From assembly GCF_004010195.1 (NCBI RefSeq), contig NC_057719.1, positions 92,498,037-92,562,036 of the forward strand: a stretch of 64,000 nucleotides of DNA. Reading direction: 5' to 3'. Below, piece after piece: positions 36,273 through 48,527 of the stretch. Origin of the DNA: Chiloscyllium plagiosum (taxonomy: Eukaryota). A program made the position numbers and the translations under genes. Numbering within the stretch: position 1 is the stretch's first letter; each line of letters opens with the position of its first letter. The notes below the pieces were generated by a model, which saw only the letters and a program-made list of their open reading frames with translations, ran no database searches and was not told the origin of the DNA.

Positions 36273-38577
36273 TAGCTTCCATCAAGAATTTCATCCAGTG
36301 AGGGATAGAAATTGGGAAAAGGGAAGATCTTACACTACAAAACAAAGAGTAGAGAACATTGGAAGTTGTTTATCACAGGATTAAAAATAAGTCTTAGTGG
36401 GGAGAAAGGAGGTGAAATGCCTCAGGTGTTTCCACTGTGGAAAAGTGGGACACTTAAAGTCACAGTGCTGGCTGTTAAAGAAAGGCATTGTTGGAAAAGA
36501 TGTGGTAAAAGAGGCTCAGCCAGTGGCATTCGTGAAGATAGTAAAGGAAACCCCAAGAAAAGTCGAGGAACTGCAGGAGAGGTCACAGCCTTGGCAGGGG
36601 CTGGATATCGAGTTAGTATCTGATCTCTACAAAGACGTTGCCTCTGTGGGTAAGGTTTACTCAGAAAGAAGGAAAATATGTTATAATTTTGAGAGATACA
36701 GGTTCTAATCAGTGTCTCATAGTAAGAGATGAATGTAATAACACTCCTTCTGACCTGTTACCTGAGAGAGCGGTAATTTGTGGGATAGATGGACAGAAAT
36801 TTGGCATTCCCCTCTATAAGATCAGGTTGGAGTGCCAATCAAGACTGGGCAAGTTACAGTGGGAGTGATTGACAGAGTGTCTGTTCCAGGAATGTAGTTT
36901 GTTCGTGGGAACGATTTAGCAGGATCCAAAGTAGGAGTGACAACCCTTGTTGTGGAGAAGCCTAAGGAAGACCAAGAAACTGCGGAGTTAAAAAGAAAAA
37001 TACACTGAAAACTTTCCTGACTGTATTAAAACGATCTCACTACCGTAAGTTACAGCAAGTCACAAAAATTAAACAGACAGATGAAGATGTTGAGGTTCAG
37101 TTAGCTGACACACTGTTCGACGTAATGGTGCAGGAAATACCTGAACAGACAGAGGGTCAGGCTGAAGTGTGTAGTTCTAAAAGGCTAATGGACTTTGAAC
37201 AGAAAGACAAGACAATAAAAGATATATGTATTGATGAATACTCAGTAAAGGAGTCAGAATGTATTCCTGATGGCTATTATCTTAAAGATAGAATCATAAG
37301 GCGGAAATGGAGAGCATGGCAGATTAATGCAGAGAAGAAATGGGCCAAAGTGTACCAGACTGTGTTGCCAGTAGCATATTGACAGCAAGTGATACAGTTC
37401 GCACATGAAAAACTAGTTGGAGGTCACTTAGATGTAAGGAAGACTCAGGCTAAAGTGCAAAAGCATTTCTATTGGCCTGGACTGCACAAGGATGTGGTTA
37501 ACTATTACCATACATGTCATACATGCCAAATGGTAGGTAAGCCACAGGCAGTAATAAAACCAGCCCCTTTGTTGCCAATCCCATATTCAAAGAACCTTTT
37601 ACATGGGTTATAATTGATTGTGTAGGTCTCCTTCCTAAATCTGAAAGTGGGAACCAATACTTGCTAACCATGTGTCTACCAGATTTCTAGATGCAATTGT
37701 ATTATGGAGTATTAAGGCAAAAAAGTGTGGTAGGCGAATTCGTAGCTTTCTCCACACGGTATAGGCTACCCAGAGAGATTCAATCAGACCAAGAGTCTAA
37801 TTTTACTGCTTGGCTGTACAAGGAGGTTATGGATAACTTAGGCATACAGCTGTTTAAATCAAGTGCACACCATCTTGAATCTTAAGGAGCTTTGGAAAGG
37901 AGGTATCAGACCTTGAAAAACCATGTTAAGAGTGCACTGTCAGGATTACCCAAATGATTGGGATAAAGGTATCCTATTCGTATTATTTGCCATTTGAGAT
38001 GGCCCAAACAAATCTACTCAAATTACTATCTTTGAGTTAATACTCGGACATGAAGGGGGAGGGGATTTGAAATTAGTTAAAGAGAAATTAACAGGACCCA
38101 ATGTCGGAGATCTCACACTTGGATTATGTATTGGAGGTGAGGGAGAGAATAAATTGGGTACATAAGTTTGCTAAACATTGCCCAAAGTGGTCACAACATA
38201 GAATGAAGCAGGTGGCAGCTCAAAACTCTGAAATTCAGATGTTTTCCCATGGGGAAGACGTATTGGTATTGTGACCAGTGGTAGGAGATCCATTCAAAGG
38301 CAGGTTTAGTGGTCCCTATCAAACTAAGAAAAAAATAAGTCCGGTAAACTATCTGGGAAGGATGCTAGATAGAAAACAAACTATATCGGTATGTCATGTG
38401 AATGTGTTTAAATCTTATTATAATAGAGACAGGGAACTGGAGAAACAGATGTTAGGTACTGCCCTGCAGAATGAGGATTCAAATCCAGATGTCTTGGAGT
38501 TTGATGTGCCTCAAAATATGTTAAACAATATGAAAGTCCTTGAGGAGTGGGATAGGTTAGTAAACGATCTGTCTCAG

Positions 38578-38912
38578 GGTGGGACGGTGGCACAGTGGTT
38601 AGCACTGCTGCCTCACAGTGCCAGAGACCCAGGTTTGATTCCAGCCTCAGGTGACTGTCTGTAACTGAGTTTGCACATCCTCCCTTTGTCTGCATGAGTT
38701 TTCTCCGGGTGCTCCGGTTTCCTGCCACAATCCAAAGATGTGCAGGTTAGGTGAATTGGCCGTGCTATATTGCCCAGACTTCAGGCATGTATAGATTAGA
38801 TGCATTCTTCAGGGGTAAATGCAGAGGAATGGGTCTGGATGGGATACTCCTTGGACGGTCACTGTGGAATTGTTGGGCCGAAGGGCCTGTTCCCACATGA
38901 TAGGTATTCTAA
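38578..38912 (+). mobile_element. HE1 SINE inside the Gmr1-type pol
   Basis: GGACGGTGGCACAGTGGTTAGCACTGCTGCC head. Confidence 0.9.
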
Positions 38913-40415
38913 TTCTGAACACAGTTGAAAGAGATCATTGCAGCAGTATGAGGACATATGCAGGAATAAGACAGGGAGGTCTAATGTTATTGTGCATGAG
39001 GTAAAAGTAAGGAATGCTGTTCTGATAAAACAACACCCCAACAGACTTAACCCTGGTAAGCCACATAGGTCCAGAGGAAGTGGATGCGAAGCTCAATGAG
39101 GATATCAGAGTCAGAGTGAGTAGAGTTCGACGATCGTGTTCTTTCCCAAACCTGATGGGATTGAATAGTCTAGTGTGGATTATCAGAAGGTGAATACCAA
39201 ATTAATATCAGACTCATACCCAATACCAAGATTGGAGGACTGTATAGAGAAAAACGGACAAGCCAGTTCCATCACAATGTTGGACTTACTGCATGGTTAT
39301 TGGCAGGTAGGTTTATCAGAGTAAGCGAAAGAAGTTTCTGCATTTGTAACCCCAAATGGGCTATATCAATACAAAGTGATGCCGTTTGGAATGAAGAACG
39401 CACCCGCCACATTCAAAAGATTCATGAACAGAGTTGTGGTTGGACTAACAAACAGTGCAGTTTATCTGGATGACGTAGTGATCTTTAGCGAGTCATAGAA
39501 AGATCACATGGTACAGTTGGCAGAGCTGTTTAATCAATGAGAAGCAAAATCGGTAATAAACTTAAAGAAAGCAGAACGTGTGAAGGCAGAGACGATGTTC
39601 TTCGGGCATAACATCGGTCATAGAAGGTTGACCGACCCCAAGGAACACCAAGACGAAGTCCATCAAGGAATTTCCTTGAAGAAAGTGGTGCTTCAATTTT
39701 TGGGACTTAGTGGATTCTACCAGAAGTTTGTGGTGGCACCGCTAACAGATTTACTGAAGAAGAACACCACATTTCAGTGGATAGAACAATGCAGGAGGCC
39801 TTTGAGAATTTAAGAGCAGTGCTAACCGTCGCACCAGTTTTATCTGCATCAAATCTTTTGAAAGCCTTCGATTTTGCAATCAATGCTAGTGATATCGGAG
39901 TTGGAGCTGTACTGCTACAGAAAGATGATGATGCAATTGAAAGATCAATTGGCTACTTTCCAAAGAAACTCAATACGCACCAGAAAAAATACTCTACCAT
40001 TGAAAATGAATTATTGAGTTTGATACTGGCCTTACAAGTTTTTAATGTTTATGTGACGAACAATATGTTGGAGACAATGGTATACATGGATCACAATTCT
40101 CTTACATTATTGGAATGTTTTGAAGACAAGAATATGAGACTATTTTGTTGGAATCTCATGTTACAGACTTTTAACTTACAAATTGTGCATGTTGTGGGTT
40201 GTAAAAATGTAATAGCAGATGCGTTATTGCAGATTTAACCAATTAGGTATAGATAAGATTGAACAGATATCAATATTAAATGTGTGTGTGTTTAAAAAAA
40301 TTAATATAAACTTAGATTAATGTCCGATGTGTTTCATTGCAATGGGGGTTAAGAATTAGGAAAAATACGAAGCCAACTTTTCATTATGATGGTTCATTTC
40401 TTCTTAAGGTGGAAT

Positions 40416-41157
40416 TGTTATGAAATTGAGAGGTTATGAAATTAAGAGAGAGTGAATGCTGTTTTACACTGAGAGCTTGTCAGCACCTGCCATACAACTA
40501 GCTAGCAGGCTCAGAGTGTACTGGAAAATTGAAAATATGGAACATTCGATGTGAAATAGCTAGCTGAGTTGGTTGCTGTTTTTATGACAAATCATATTTA
40601 ACCATTCAGTTTAAATTATGCCTCAGGATACTAAAGCCCAATCGATTTTGCCAACCTTGAACCAATGAGGTGATCTGATGTTGGGGGTATAAAAAGGCAG
40701 GCAGTTTGAAAGTCAGACAGAGTAACTGCCATTAAAAGAGTAACTGCCTTCGAAACACTCTCTGTCAAAGTTACCTTTTCATATAAAGAATATTCACAAG
40801 AAAAGAAAGATAACCCAGAGAGATCTTCAGTCGGAAGAAGAGAGACAGCGACAACAACAATCGCTGTAGGGTTTTGAAATTAAGTTGATGTGATTTTAAT
40901 AAGTATTTATTGGAACAGTATATTGCTATAGGGTTGGAGACAGATAGTAAGCAGTTAAGACAAAGGGGGGCTTCGAGTTGTGAATAGTTGTTGCTTAATG
41001 TTCACTTTGAGAGTTAAAGAATAAATTGATAATATTTCCTTTAAATAGTGGCATTTGAGAGTTCTCTGTCACTCGTATTTTAACAGATTACAAGGCGAGG
41101 TGAGCTTTTCTGGGTGTTTGCTTTAATTAACAGAAGGCTCACCGCCGTGTCATAACA
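40416..41157 (+). repeat. 3' LTR of Gmr1-type element
   Basis: TGTTATGA start after a degenerate purine tract, internal TATAAAA and AATAAA, TCATAACA end. Confidence 0.9.
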
Positions 41158-42815
41158 GCAAGGCTAAATCATATGAATTACATGGAGAGCTGGCTATTTA
41201 GAATCAAAATTGGCTTGAAAACAGGAGACGGATAGTGATGAGGGGTTTTTTCTGACTAGAGGCCCGTGACCAGCAGTGTGCTGCAAAGACAGGTGCTGGC
41301 TCTATTCCTTTTTGTCATTTATATAAATGATTACGATATGAACATAGGAGGTATGGTTAGTAGGTTTTCTGATGGCACAAAAATTGGAGGGATTGTGGAC
41401 CGTGAAGAAGGAGTATAACGGGGTTTGATCAGATCGGCCAATGGGATGTGGAGTGGCCAATTGAGTTTGGTTTAGAAAATATGAGGTGCTACATCTTGGA
41501 AAGACAAATCAGGGCAGGTTCATTGTTCCTTGAAAGTGGAGTCACTGGTAGACAGGAGAGTAAAGAAGGCGTTTGGTATGCTTGGAGACAGTAAGGAGTG
41601 CAGATGCTGGAAAGTCAGAGTCAACAAATGTAGAACTGGAAAAAGGAGAGTCGATGTTTTGGGCAGGAGTCATCACCAGGCCTGGGGAGGGGGAAAGGCA
41701 TGTGAGAGATAAATAGAGGAAGGGGGATGAGGCTTGGGGAATGGTAGGTGGTATGGCATTGGTGGATGCAGAGAGGAGATGATTGTGACTGGTCAGTTGG
41801 AAGGGTGGAGTGGATAGGTGGGAAGGAAGATGGACAGGTTAGGGCGCGTAGTGGAGATGGAAGGCTGGACTTGGGACGAATTGCGGGGTAGAGGAGAGTT
41901 TGAAGCTGATGAATTCCATGTTGAGGTCGTATGGTTGTAAGATCCCAAGGTGGAAGAGGGTGTTCCTACTCTAGTTTGCTTGTGGCCTCATATTGATGGT
42001 AGGGGATGCCCAGGATGTACATGTTATTGGGGGTGGGGAAGTTGTAATGCTTGACAATCAGAAGGTAGGTTGATTGGAACATGTGGACTTGAACCGTTCC
42101 ACAAATTTATGTTAGGTGCTCTAAGGTAGAGAAGACCACATCGGGAGGAACAGATGCAGTAAATCAGGTTTGAGGATATGCAGCTAAACCTCTGCCAGAC
42201 TTAGAATGATTCCAGTATAGGAGTTGGGAGATCGTTGTGCTGCTCTGCAGGGCATTGGTCAGGCCACTTTCGGAATACTGTGTATTTTCCTGGTTTCCCT
42301 CCTTGCGGAAGGATGTTGTGAAACTTGAAAGGATTTAGAAAAGATTTACAAGGACGTTGCCAGGGTTAGAGGATTTGAGGTACAGGGAGAGGCTGAACAG
42401 GCTGGAACTATTTTTTTGGAGCATCGGAGGCAGAGGGGTGACCTTATAGAGATTTACATAATCAGGAAGGGCATGGATAAGGAAAACAAACAGAGTCTTT
42501 TCCCTGGGGTGAGGGAGTCCACAACTCAAGGGCATAGGTTTAAGGTGAGAGGGGAAACATTTAAAAGGGACCTAGGGAACAACAGTTTCACGCAGGTGGT
42601 GCTGTTTGTATTGAATGAGCTGCCAGAGGAAGTGGTGGAAGCTGATACAATTATAGGACTTAAAAGGCATCTGGTTGCGTCTAGGAATAGGAAAGGTTTA
42701 GAGGCATATGGACCAAGTGCTTGCAAATGGGACTAGGTTTATTTCAGATATCAGGTCAGCATGAATGGGAAGGGCTAAAGAGTCTGATTCCATACTGTAC
42801 ATCTATATGAATCTA
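41158..42815 (+). mobile_element. CR1/HER1 LINE 3' half interrupted by a decayed minus-strand Penelope (~41588-42210)
   Basis: KVESLVDRRVKKAFGML, RGDLIEIY and NELPEEVVEA motifs; the insert starts with the TGCAGATGCTGGAAAG head and has a G-rich pLTR. Confidence 0.85.
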
Positions 42816-43392
42816 TATACAACTATAGGAACAACAGGACAAGTAGGTTTTAGGAAGCAGTGCCAGAGACTGAGTGTGAATTGTGGAAGACACTTTCAAA
42901 TGTTGTATGTTAAGGTCCCAGCTGCTAATAATACTGGTCAAATCATATTCGAAAACGTCATCAGTTTGAAAGATTTTAAGATTAATAATTGTATTTGGTT
43001 GTCATGCTAGTCAGTGACTAAACATATTCATATGAGGCTGCCACTGTCCTTTCAGCACAAGAACATAAACTTATAAATGGGACAGAGGAAAGCAATAAAC
43101 ACATTAGAAATAGGAATAGGCCATACCAGGAAAGACGAAATTCAGTCTTTTGACTAACTATACCCTGTACAGACTCTCAATCTCAGTGGAATATTATTCT
43201 CAATTCAATTACTTAATTTTTCGCACAATTGATTATTTCCAATTTTTGTGGCCAAGAGTGATCTTTCCAATTCTGAGGACACGGACTTCTTTTCAGTTAA
43301 TGCAGCCAGGGAAATTCCACGAGCTCTTTCAATCTGGAGATCCCCTTGTAAGACTGGAAATACACCTTCAAATACAGGTCTGACCTGCATGC

Positions 43393-44297
43393 TTATTTGC
43401 ACAGTTTAACAATTCGAGTAAATAGATATTTTGCTCCGTTGATTAACTCCTGTCTGAATTTAGTTTGTGTTAGAGCGTATATGCAGGTGTTAGTGCATGA
43501 ACTCAGAAGCCGTAGCATGAATCCAATTTCTTGAAAGACAAATATTGGACCATTCAAAGTCTTGTCTTTATAATTATAATTTTCTTCTCGCCATATTAAA
43601 GCACGTATGATAAATGGTGTCCACAACAGCATAAAATTAGCAGACAGTGCAAAGAGCAAGATGATGGATTTTCTCCGTTGTACCACCTCTGGATCAATAT
43701 TATTCTGCTCACTTCCATGGATCCGGAGGCGACAGCGGATGTGGTTGGCTCTTATAATGTTCCTGACAGTTAGAGCATTGAATACCAAAATCAATACAAA
43801 TGGGAGCAATGATATCATTATAACATTAATCCAGACATAAACTTTCCAAAATAATGATGTATGATAGTCTGATTTTGTGACACAAAACCATGGTACATTG
43901 TCAATAACAATTGAAGGAGTAAGAACGAAATACCAAATAATTGACCGCAAAAAGCTGCCCACACTCACACTTACTAGAAGCACAAACGCAGTTCTCGTAT
44001 TACAGTATCTTGTTCTTAGCTTCTGACAACAAACTGCTACAAACCGGTCAAATGTGAAAGTGACTGTGAACCAAACTGAGCAGCTCAGGGCTGCAACGTA
44101 CAAAACAACTCTCAAGGCACACACAGGAGTGATGGATAGGAAAGTAACTGGAAAATAAAGATTGTTAATTCGGTCCAGTAAGACATTAAAGATGACGAGA
44201 AGTAGATCCGCTGTAGACATTGCCAACAAATAGCGAGTGACGCATTTGGATAGCCCACAATTGCCTCGATTCAGGATCACAATTCCCACCAAGTTAA
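43393..44297 (-). CDS. GPR139-like class A (rhodopsin-family) GPCR, coding exon 2 of 2
   Basis: Uninterrupted frame spanning the end of TM1 to TM7: NLVGIVIL, YLLAMSTADLL, CSVWFTVTFTFDRFVAVC, LLPFVLILVFN, FMLLWTP, SSCTNTCIY, then helix 8 TKFRQEL; phase-1 acceptor TTTTGCTTCCAG ends at 44298. Confidence 0.95.
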
Positions 44298-44686
44298 CTG
44301 GAAGCAAAATTAGAAAAAAGTTCACTTATTCATGACTAGAGCAAAGCAAAAATGTCAGCTTAGTATGTCTGTTATATCTCACTAATTGCCTCAGATTACT
44401 ATATTCACTAAATTACATGATGTGTTGTGAAAAGTTAAACCAGAATACAATAAAAAACATGTTGTGAATCAACAGACAAACAGAATAAATGAGCAAATAA
44501 AAGAGGAAAGAAAACTGTTATGAATAAAACATTTTAATGCAAGTGTATTATGCTGATGGATTCACCGAAATGTTCAGTAGAATTTTCATGCTGATTGAAC
44601 TGGTAATGGAGAAACAAAACTTAAAGTGGGAATAAGGCCAAGGTGTTTTACGGCAATGGATCCAATCAGGAATGTAGTAAGCAGCC

Positions 44687-44860
44687 ACCTAACCTGCACA
44701 TCTTTGGACTGTGGAAAGAAACCGGAGCACCCGGAGAAAACCCACGCAGACACAGGGAGAATGTGCAAGCTCCACACAGTCAGTCACCCAAGGCAGGAAT
44801 TGAACCCAGGTCCCTGGTGCTGTGAGGCAGCAGTGCTAACCACTGAACCACCATGCCGTC
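44687..44860 (-). mobile_element. HE1 SINE 5' half
   Basis: Reverse-complement HE1 head. Confidence 0.9.
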
Positions 44861-45240
44861 CATGTATGGAGTAGTCCAAAATTGGACTCACCAATGGCCT
44901 GTAAAAGCACAATGTGAAGTTCCAACTCCTGTACTCAATGGTCTGAGATATTAAGGCCAGCATGCCAAATGCCTTCCTTACCACCCTGTTTACCTGTAGC
45001 ACAACTTGCAGCGAACTATGCACCTGAACCCTGATGTCTCCCTGTTTGACAGCATGACACAGGGCTGTTCCATGAACTGCATAAGTTTGCCCTTGTTCAT
45101 TTTCCGAAAGTGCAAACATTCATCTAAATCAAATTCGAATCTACATTCCTCAGCCCATTGGCCCATTTGATCAAGATCCCTTTGTGATCTTAGATAACCG
45201 TCTTCACAGTCTGCTACACCAATAATGAAATTTACGAAAC
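44861..45240 (-). mobile_element. CR1/HER1 RT fragment
   Basis: DLDQMGQWAEE and VVRKAFGMLA motifs. Confidence 0.8.
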
Positions 45241-45449
45241 ATGCTTCAAATGAATTGCTTCTCACAGAGGGTAATGAATACCTGAAATTCTCCACCCAGA
45301 AAACTTAGGAAGCTAGATCACTGAAAGTATTTGAAGACGAGGAAGATGGATTTCTGAAATATCAACGACTTGAGGGATATGACAAAAAAGAAGTATTGAG
45401 ACTTGGGGCAGATGAGCCGAGGTCTATAGGAGAGCCAGTAGGCTTGAAA

Positions 45450-47690
45450 CAAGAACAAAAAAATTCCTGCACAAAAACAGGCCCGCCGGCCCTCCACGCC
45501 TGCACTGATCCAGATCCTCTATCTGAATGTGCCGCCTATTTTCTGAGGATTTGTATCCCTCTGCTCCCTGCCCACTCACGTATCTGTCTAGATACATCTT
45601 AATTGACACTAGTGCGCCTCTGCCATGTTCGCTGGCAATGTTCCAGGCCCCCCCCACCCTCTGCATAAATAACTTTCCATGCATATCTTCCCTAAATCTT
45701 TCCCCTCTCACTTTGAACACATGACCCTGAGTAATTGAGTGCCCCACTTTAGGGAAAAAAAAAAACCTTTTTGCTATCCTCCCTGTCTGTACCTCTCATG
45801 ATTTTGCAGAACTCAATCAGCACCCCCTAATCAACCTGCGTCTTTCTAATGAAAGCAATCCTAATCTAATCAACCTCTCTTCATAGCTAGTGCCCTTCAT
45901 ACCAGGCAACATCCTGGTGAAACTCCTTTGCATATTCTCCAAAGCATCCACATCCTTTTGGTAACGTTGCGATCAGAACTGTACGCAGTATTACAAATAT
46001 GTCCAAACCAAAATCTTATACAACTGTAACAAGACCTGCCAACTCTTGGATTCAATGTCCTGTCCAGTGAAGGAAAGCATGCTGTATGCCATCTTGACAA
46101 CTTTATTGACTTGCATTGTCACCTTCAGGGTACAATGAACCTGAACACTCAGAACTCTCTGTACACCAATTGTCCCCAGGACTTTTCCGCATAAGCTATA
46201 GTTCACTCGAATTAGATCTTCCAAAATGCATCTCTTTGCATTTACCCTGATTGTACTCCATCTGCCATTTCTCCACCCAACTCTCCAATATATCCATATT
46301 CTGCTGTATTCTCTGACTGTCTCATTCACTATCTGTTACTCCATCAATATGTGCGTCATCTGCAAACTTGCTAATCAGACCACCTATACATTCCTCCAGA
46401 TTATTTATGTATATCACAAACAACAGTGGTTCCAGCACAGATCCCTGTGGAACACCATTGTTCACAGTTCTCCATTTTGAGAAATTCTCTTCCAATGTTA
46501 CTCTCTATCTCCTGTTGCCCAGCCAGTTCTCCATTCATCTAGCTAGTACACCCTGGACCGCATGCAACTTCACTTTCTCCATCAGCCTACCATGTGGAAC
46601 CTTATCAAATGCCTTACTGAAGTCCATGAATATGGTATCTACAGCCCTTCTCTCATCAATCAACTTTGTCACTTCCTCAAAGAATTCTATTATGTTTGTA
46701 AGACATGGCCTTCCCCTGCACAAAATCATGTTGGCTATTACTGACAAGCTCATTTTTACCCGAATAGGAATATATCCTATCCATCAGTATCTTCACCAGT
46801 AGCTTCCCTACCACTGACGTCAGGCTCACCGGTCTATAATTATCTGGATTATCTCTGCTATCCTCAATGTTGTGAAAAGTAAAATCTCCAATCACCACCA
46901 CCCTGTTACTCCTATATCTATCCATAATCTTTTTACATATTTGTACCTCTATCTCATGTTCACTGTAGGGAAGCCTGCAGTACAGCTCCAACAGTGTTCC
47001 TACTGAGTTTGGCTCATATTGCTGCACCCTCCAGAGTTCCTGCCTTCAGCACAGCTGTTATCTCCTCTCCGACCAGTAATGCAACTCCTCCAACCCTTAT
47101 ATCTCCCTCTCTATGATATCCTGGGATGTTGCCAATCATGCTCTTCCCTCAACCAAGTCTCAGGAATAGCAATAACATCATACTCCCAGGTACTAATCCA
47201 AGCCCTAAGTTCAACTGTCTTACCTACTACAGTTCTTGCATTAAAACAAATGCACCTCAGACCACCTGTCCCTTTGTGTTCATCATCTGCTCCCTGCCTA
47301 CTCTTCCCCTTAGTCAGACTGACTTCATTATCTAGTTCCTTACAGGCTTTAGTTACTACCTCCTTACTGCCCACTAACCTCCTCATTTGATTCCTATTCC
47401 CCTGCTACATTAGTTTAAACTCTTCCCCATCAGCATTAGCAAAAGCACCCCTGAGGACATTGGTTCCAGTCCAGCCCTGATGCAGACCGTCCAATTTGTA
47501 ATAGTCCCACCTCCCTCAGAACCAGTCCCAATGACCCAAAAATCTGACCCTTCCTCCTGAACCACCTCTCAAGCCACACATGCATCCTGCCTATTCTTGC
47601 TTTCCTACTCTGACTAGCACGTGGCACAAGTAGCAATCCTTAGATTACTACCTCTGAGGTACTACATTTTAACTTGGCTCAGAACTTCCT
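45450..47690 (-). mobile_element. CR1 LINE with ORF1 end, APE start, internal deletion, RT and tail
   Basis: GLRCICFNART...YDVIAIPETWL (APE); VVVIGDF joined almost directly to RDNPDNYRPVSLTS; MDFSKAFDKVPHGRL; ORF1 esterase-like end at 47436-47690. Confidence 0.9.
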
Positions 47691-47754
47691 CAGATGAAAA
47701 TGTGTTGCTGGAAAAGCGCATCAGGTCAGGCAGCATCCAAGGAACAGGAGAATC

Positions 47755-47782
47755 GACGTTTCGGGCATAAGCCCTTCTTCAG
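47755..47782 (-). ncRNA. Minimal hammerhead ribozyme motif at the Penelope 3' end
   Basis: Minus strand CTGAAGA-A-GGGC-ttat-GCCC-GAAA-CG-TC, same sense as the RT. Confidence 0.7.
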
Positions 47783-47783
47783 G

Positions 47784-48527
47784 NNNNNNNNNNNNNNNNN
47801 NNNNNNNNNNNNNNNNNNNNNNNNNNNNNNNNNNNNNNNNNNNNNNNNNNNNNNNNNNNNNNNNNNNNNNNNNNNNNNNNNNNNNNNNNNNNNNNNNNNN
47901 NNNNNNNNNNNNNNNNNNNNNNNNNNNNNNNNNNNNNNNNNNNNNNNNNNNNNNNNNNNNNNNNNNNNNNNNNNNNNNNNNNNNNNNNNNNNNNNNNNNN
48001 NNNNNNNNNNNNNNNNNNNNNNNNNNNNNNNNNNNNNNNNNNNNNNNNNNNNNNNNNNNNNNNNNNNNNNNNNNNNNNNNNNNNNNNNNNNNNNNNNNNN
48101 NNNNNNNNNNNNNNNNNNNNNNNNNNNNNNNNNNNNNNNNNNNNNNNNNNNNNNNNNNNNNNNNNNNNNNNNNNNNNNNNNNNNNNNNNNNNNNNNNNNN
48201 NNNNNNNNNNNNNNNNNNNNNNNNNNNNNNNNNNNNNNNNNNNNNNNNNNNNNNNNNNNNNNNNNNNNNNNNNNNNNNNNNNNNNNNNNNNNNNNNNNNN
48301 NNNNNNNNNNNNNNNNNNNNNNNNNNNNNNNNNNNNNNNNNNNNNNNNNNNNNNNNNNNNNNNNNNNNNNNNNNNNNNNNNNNNNNNNNNNNNNNNNNNN
48401 NNNNNNNNNNNNNNNNNNNNNNNNNNNNNNNNNNNNNNNNNNNNNNNNNNNNNNNNNNNNNNNNNNNNNNNNNNNNNNNNNNNNNNNNNNNNNNNNNNNN
48501 NNNNNNNNNNNNNNNNNNNNNNNNNNN
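47784..48527. other. Assembly gap (744 N)
   Basis: Run of n. Confidence 1.

Larger units (their letters stand above)
35638..41157 (+). mobile_element. Gmr1-type Ty3/Gypsy LTR retrotransposon (decayed; gag-PR-IN-RT-RH)
   Basis: TGTTATGA...TCATAACA termini; CFHCGKVGHLKSQC knuckle (36427); LRDTGS protease (36695); integrase HHCC and IQSDQESNF (37389-37950); RT YPIPRLEDCI, VMPFGMKNAPATF, YLDD (39463); RNase H NASDIGVGAVL...YSTIENE...IADAL (39777-40238). Confidence 0.95.

Noticed and set aside
44298..44325. N-terminus MNFFLILLP of the 310-aa ORF
   Set aside because: Starts at a non-ATG codon inside the polypyrimidine tract and acceptor; the real N-terminus is exon 1 at 59084
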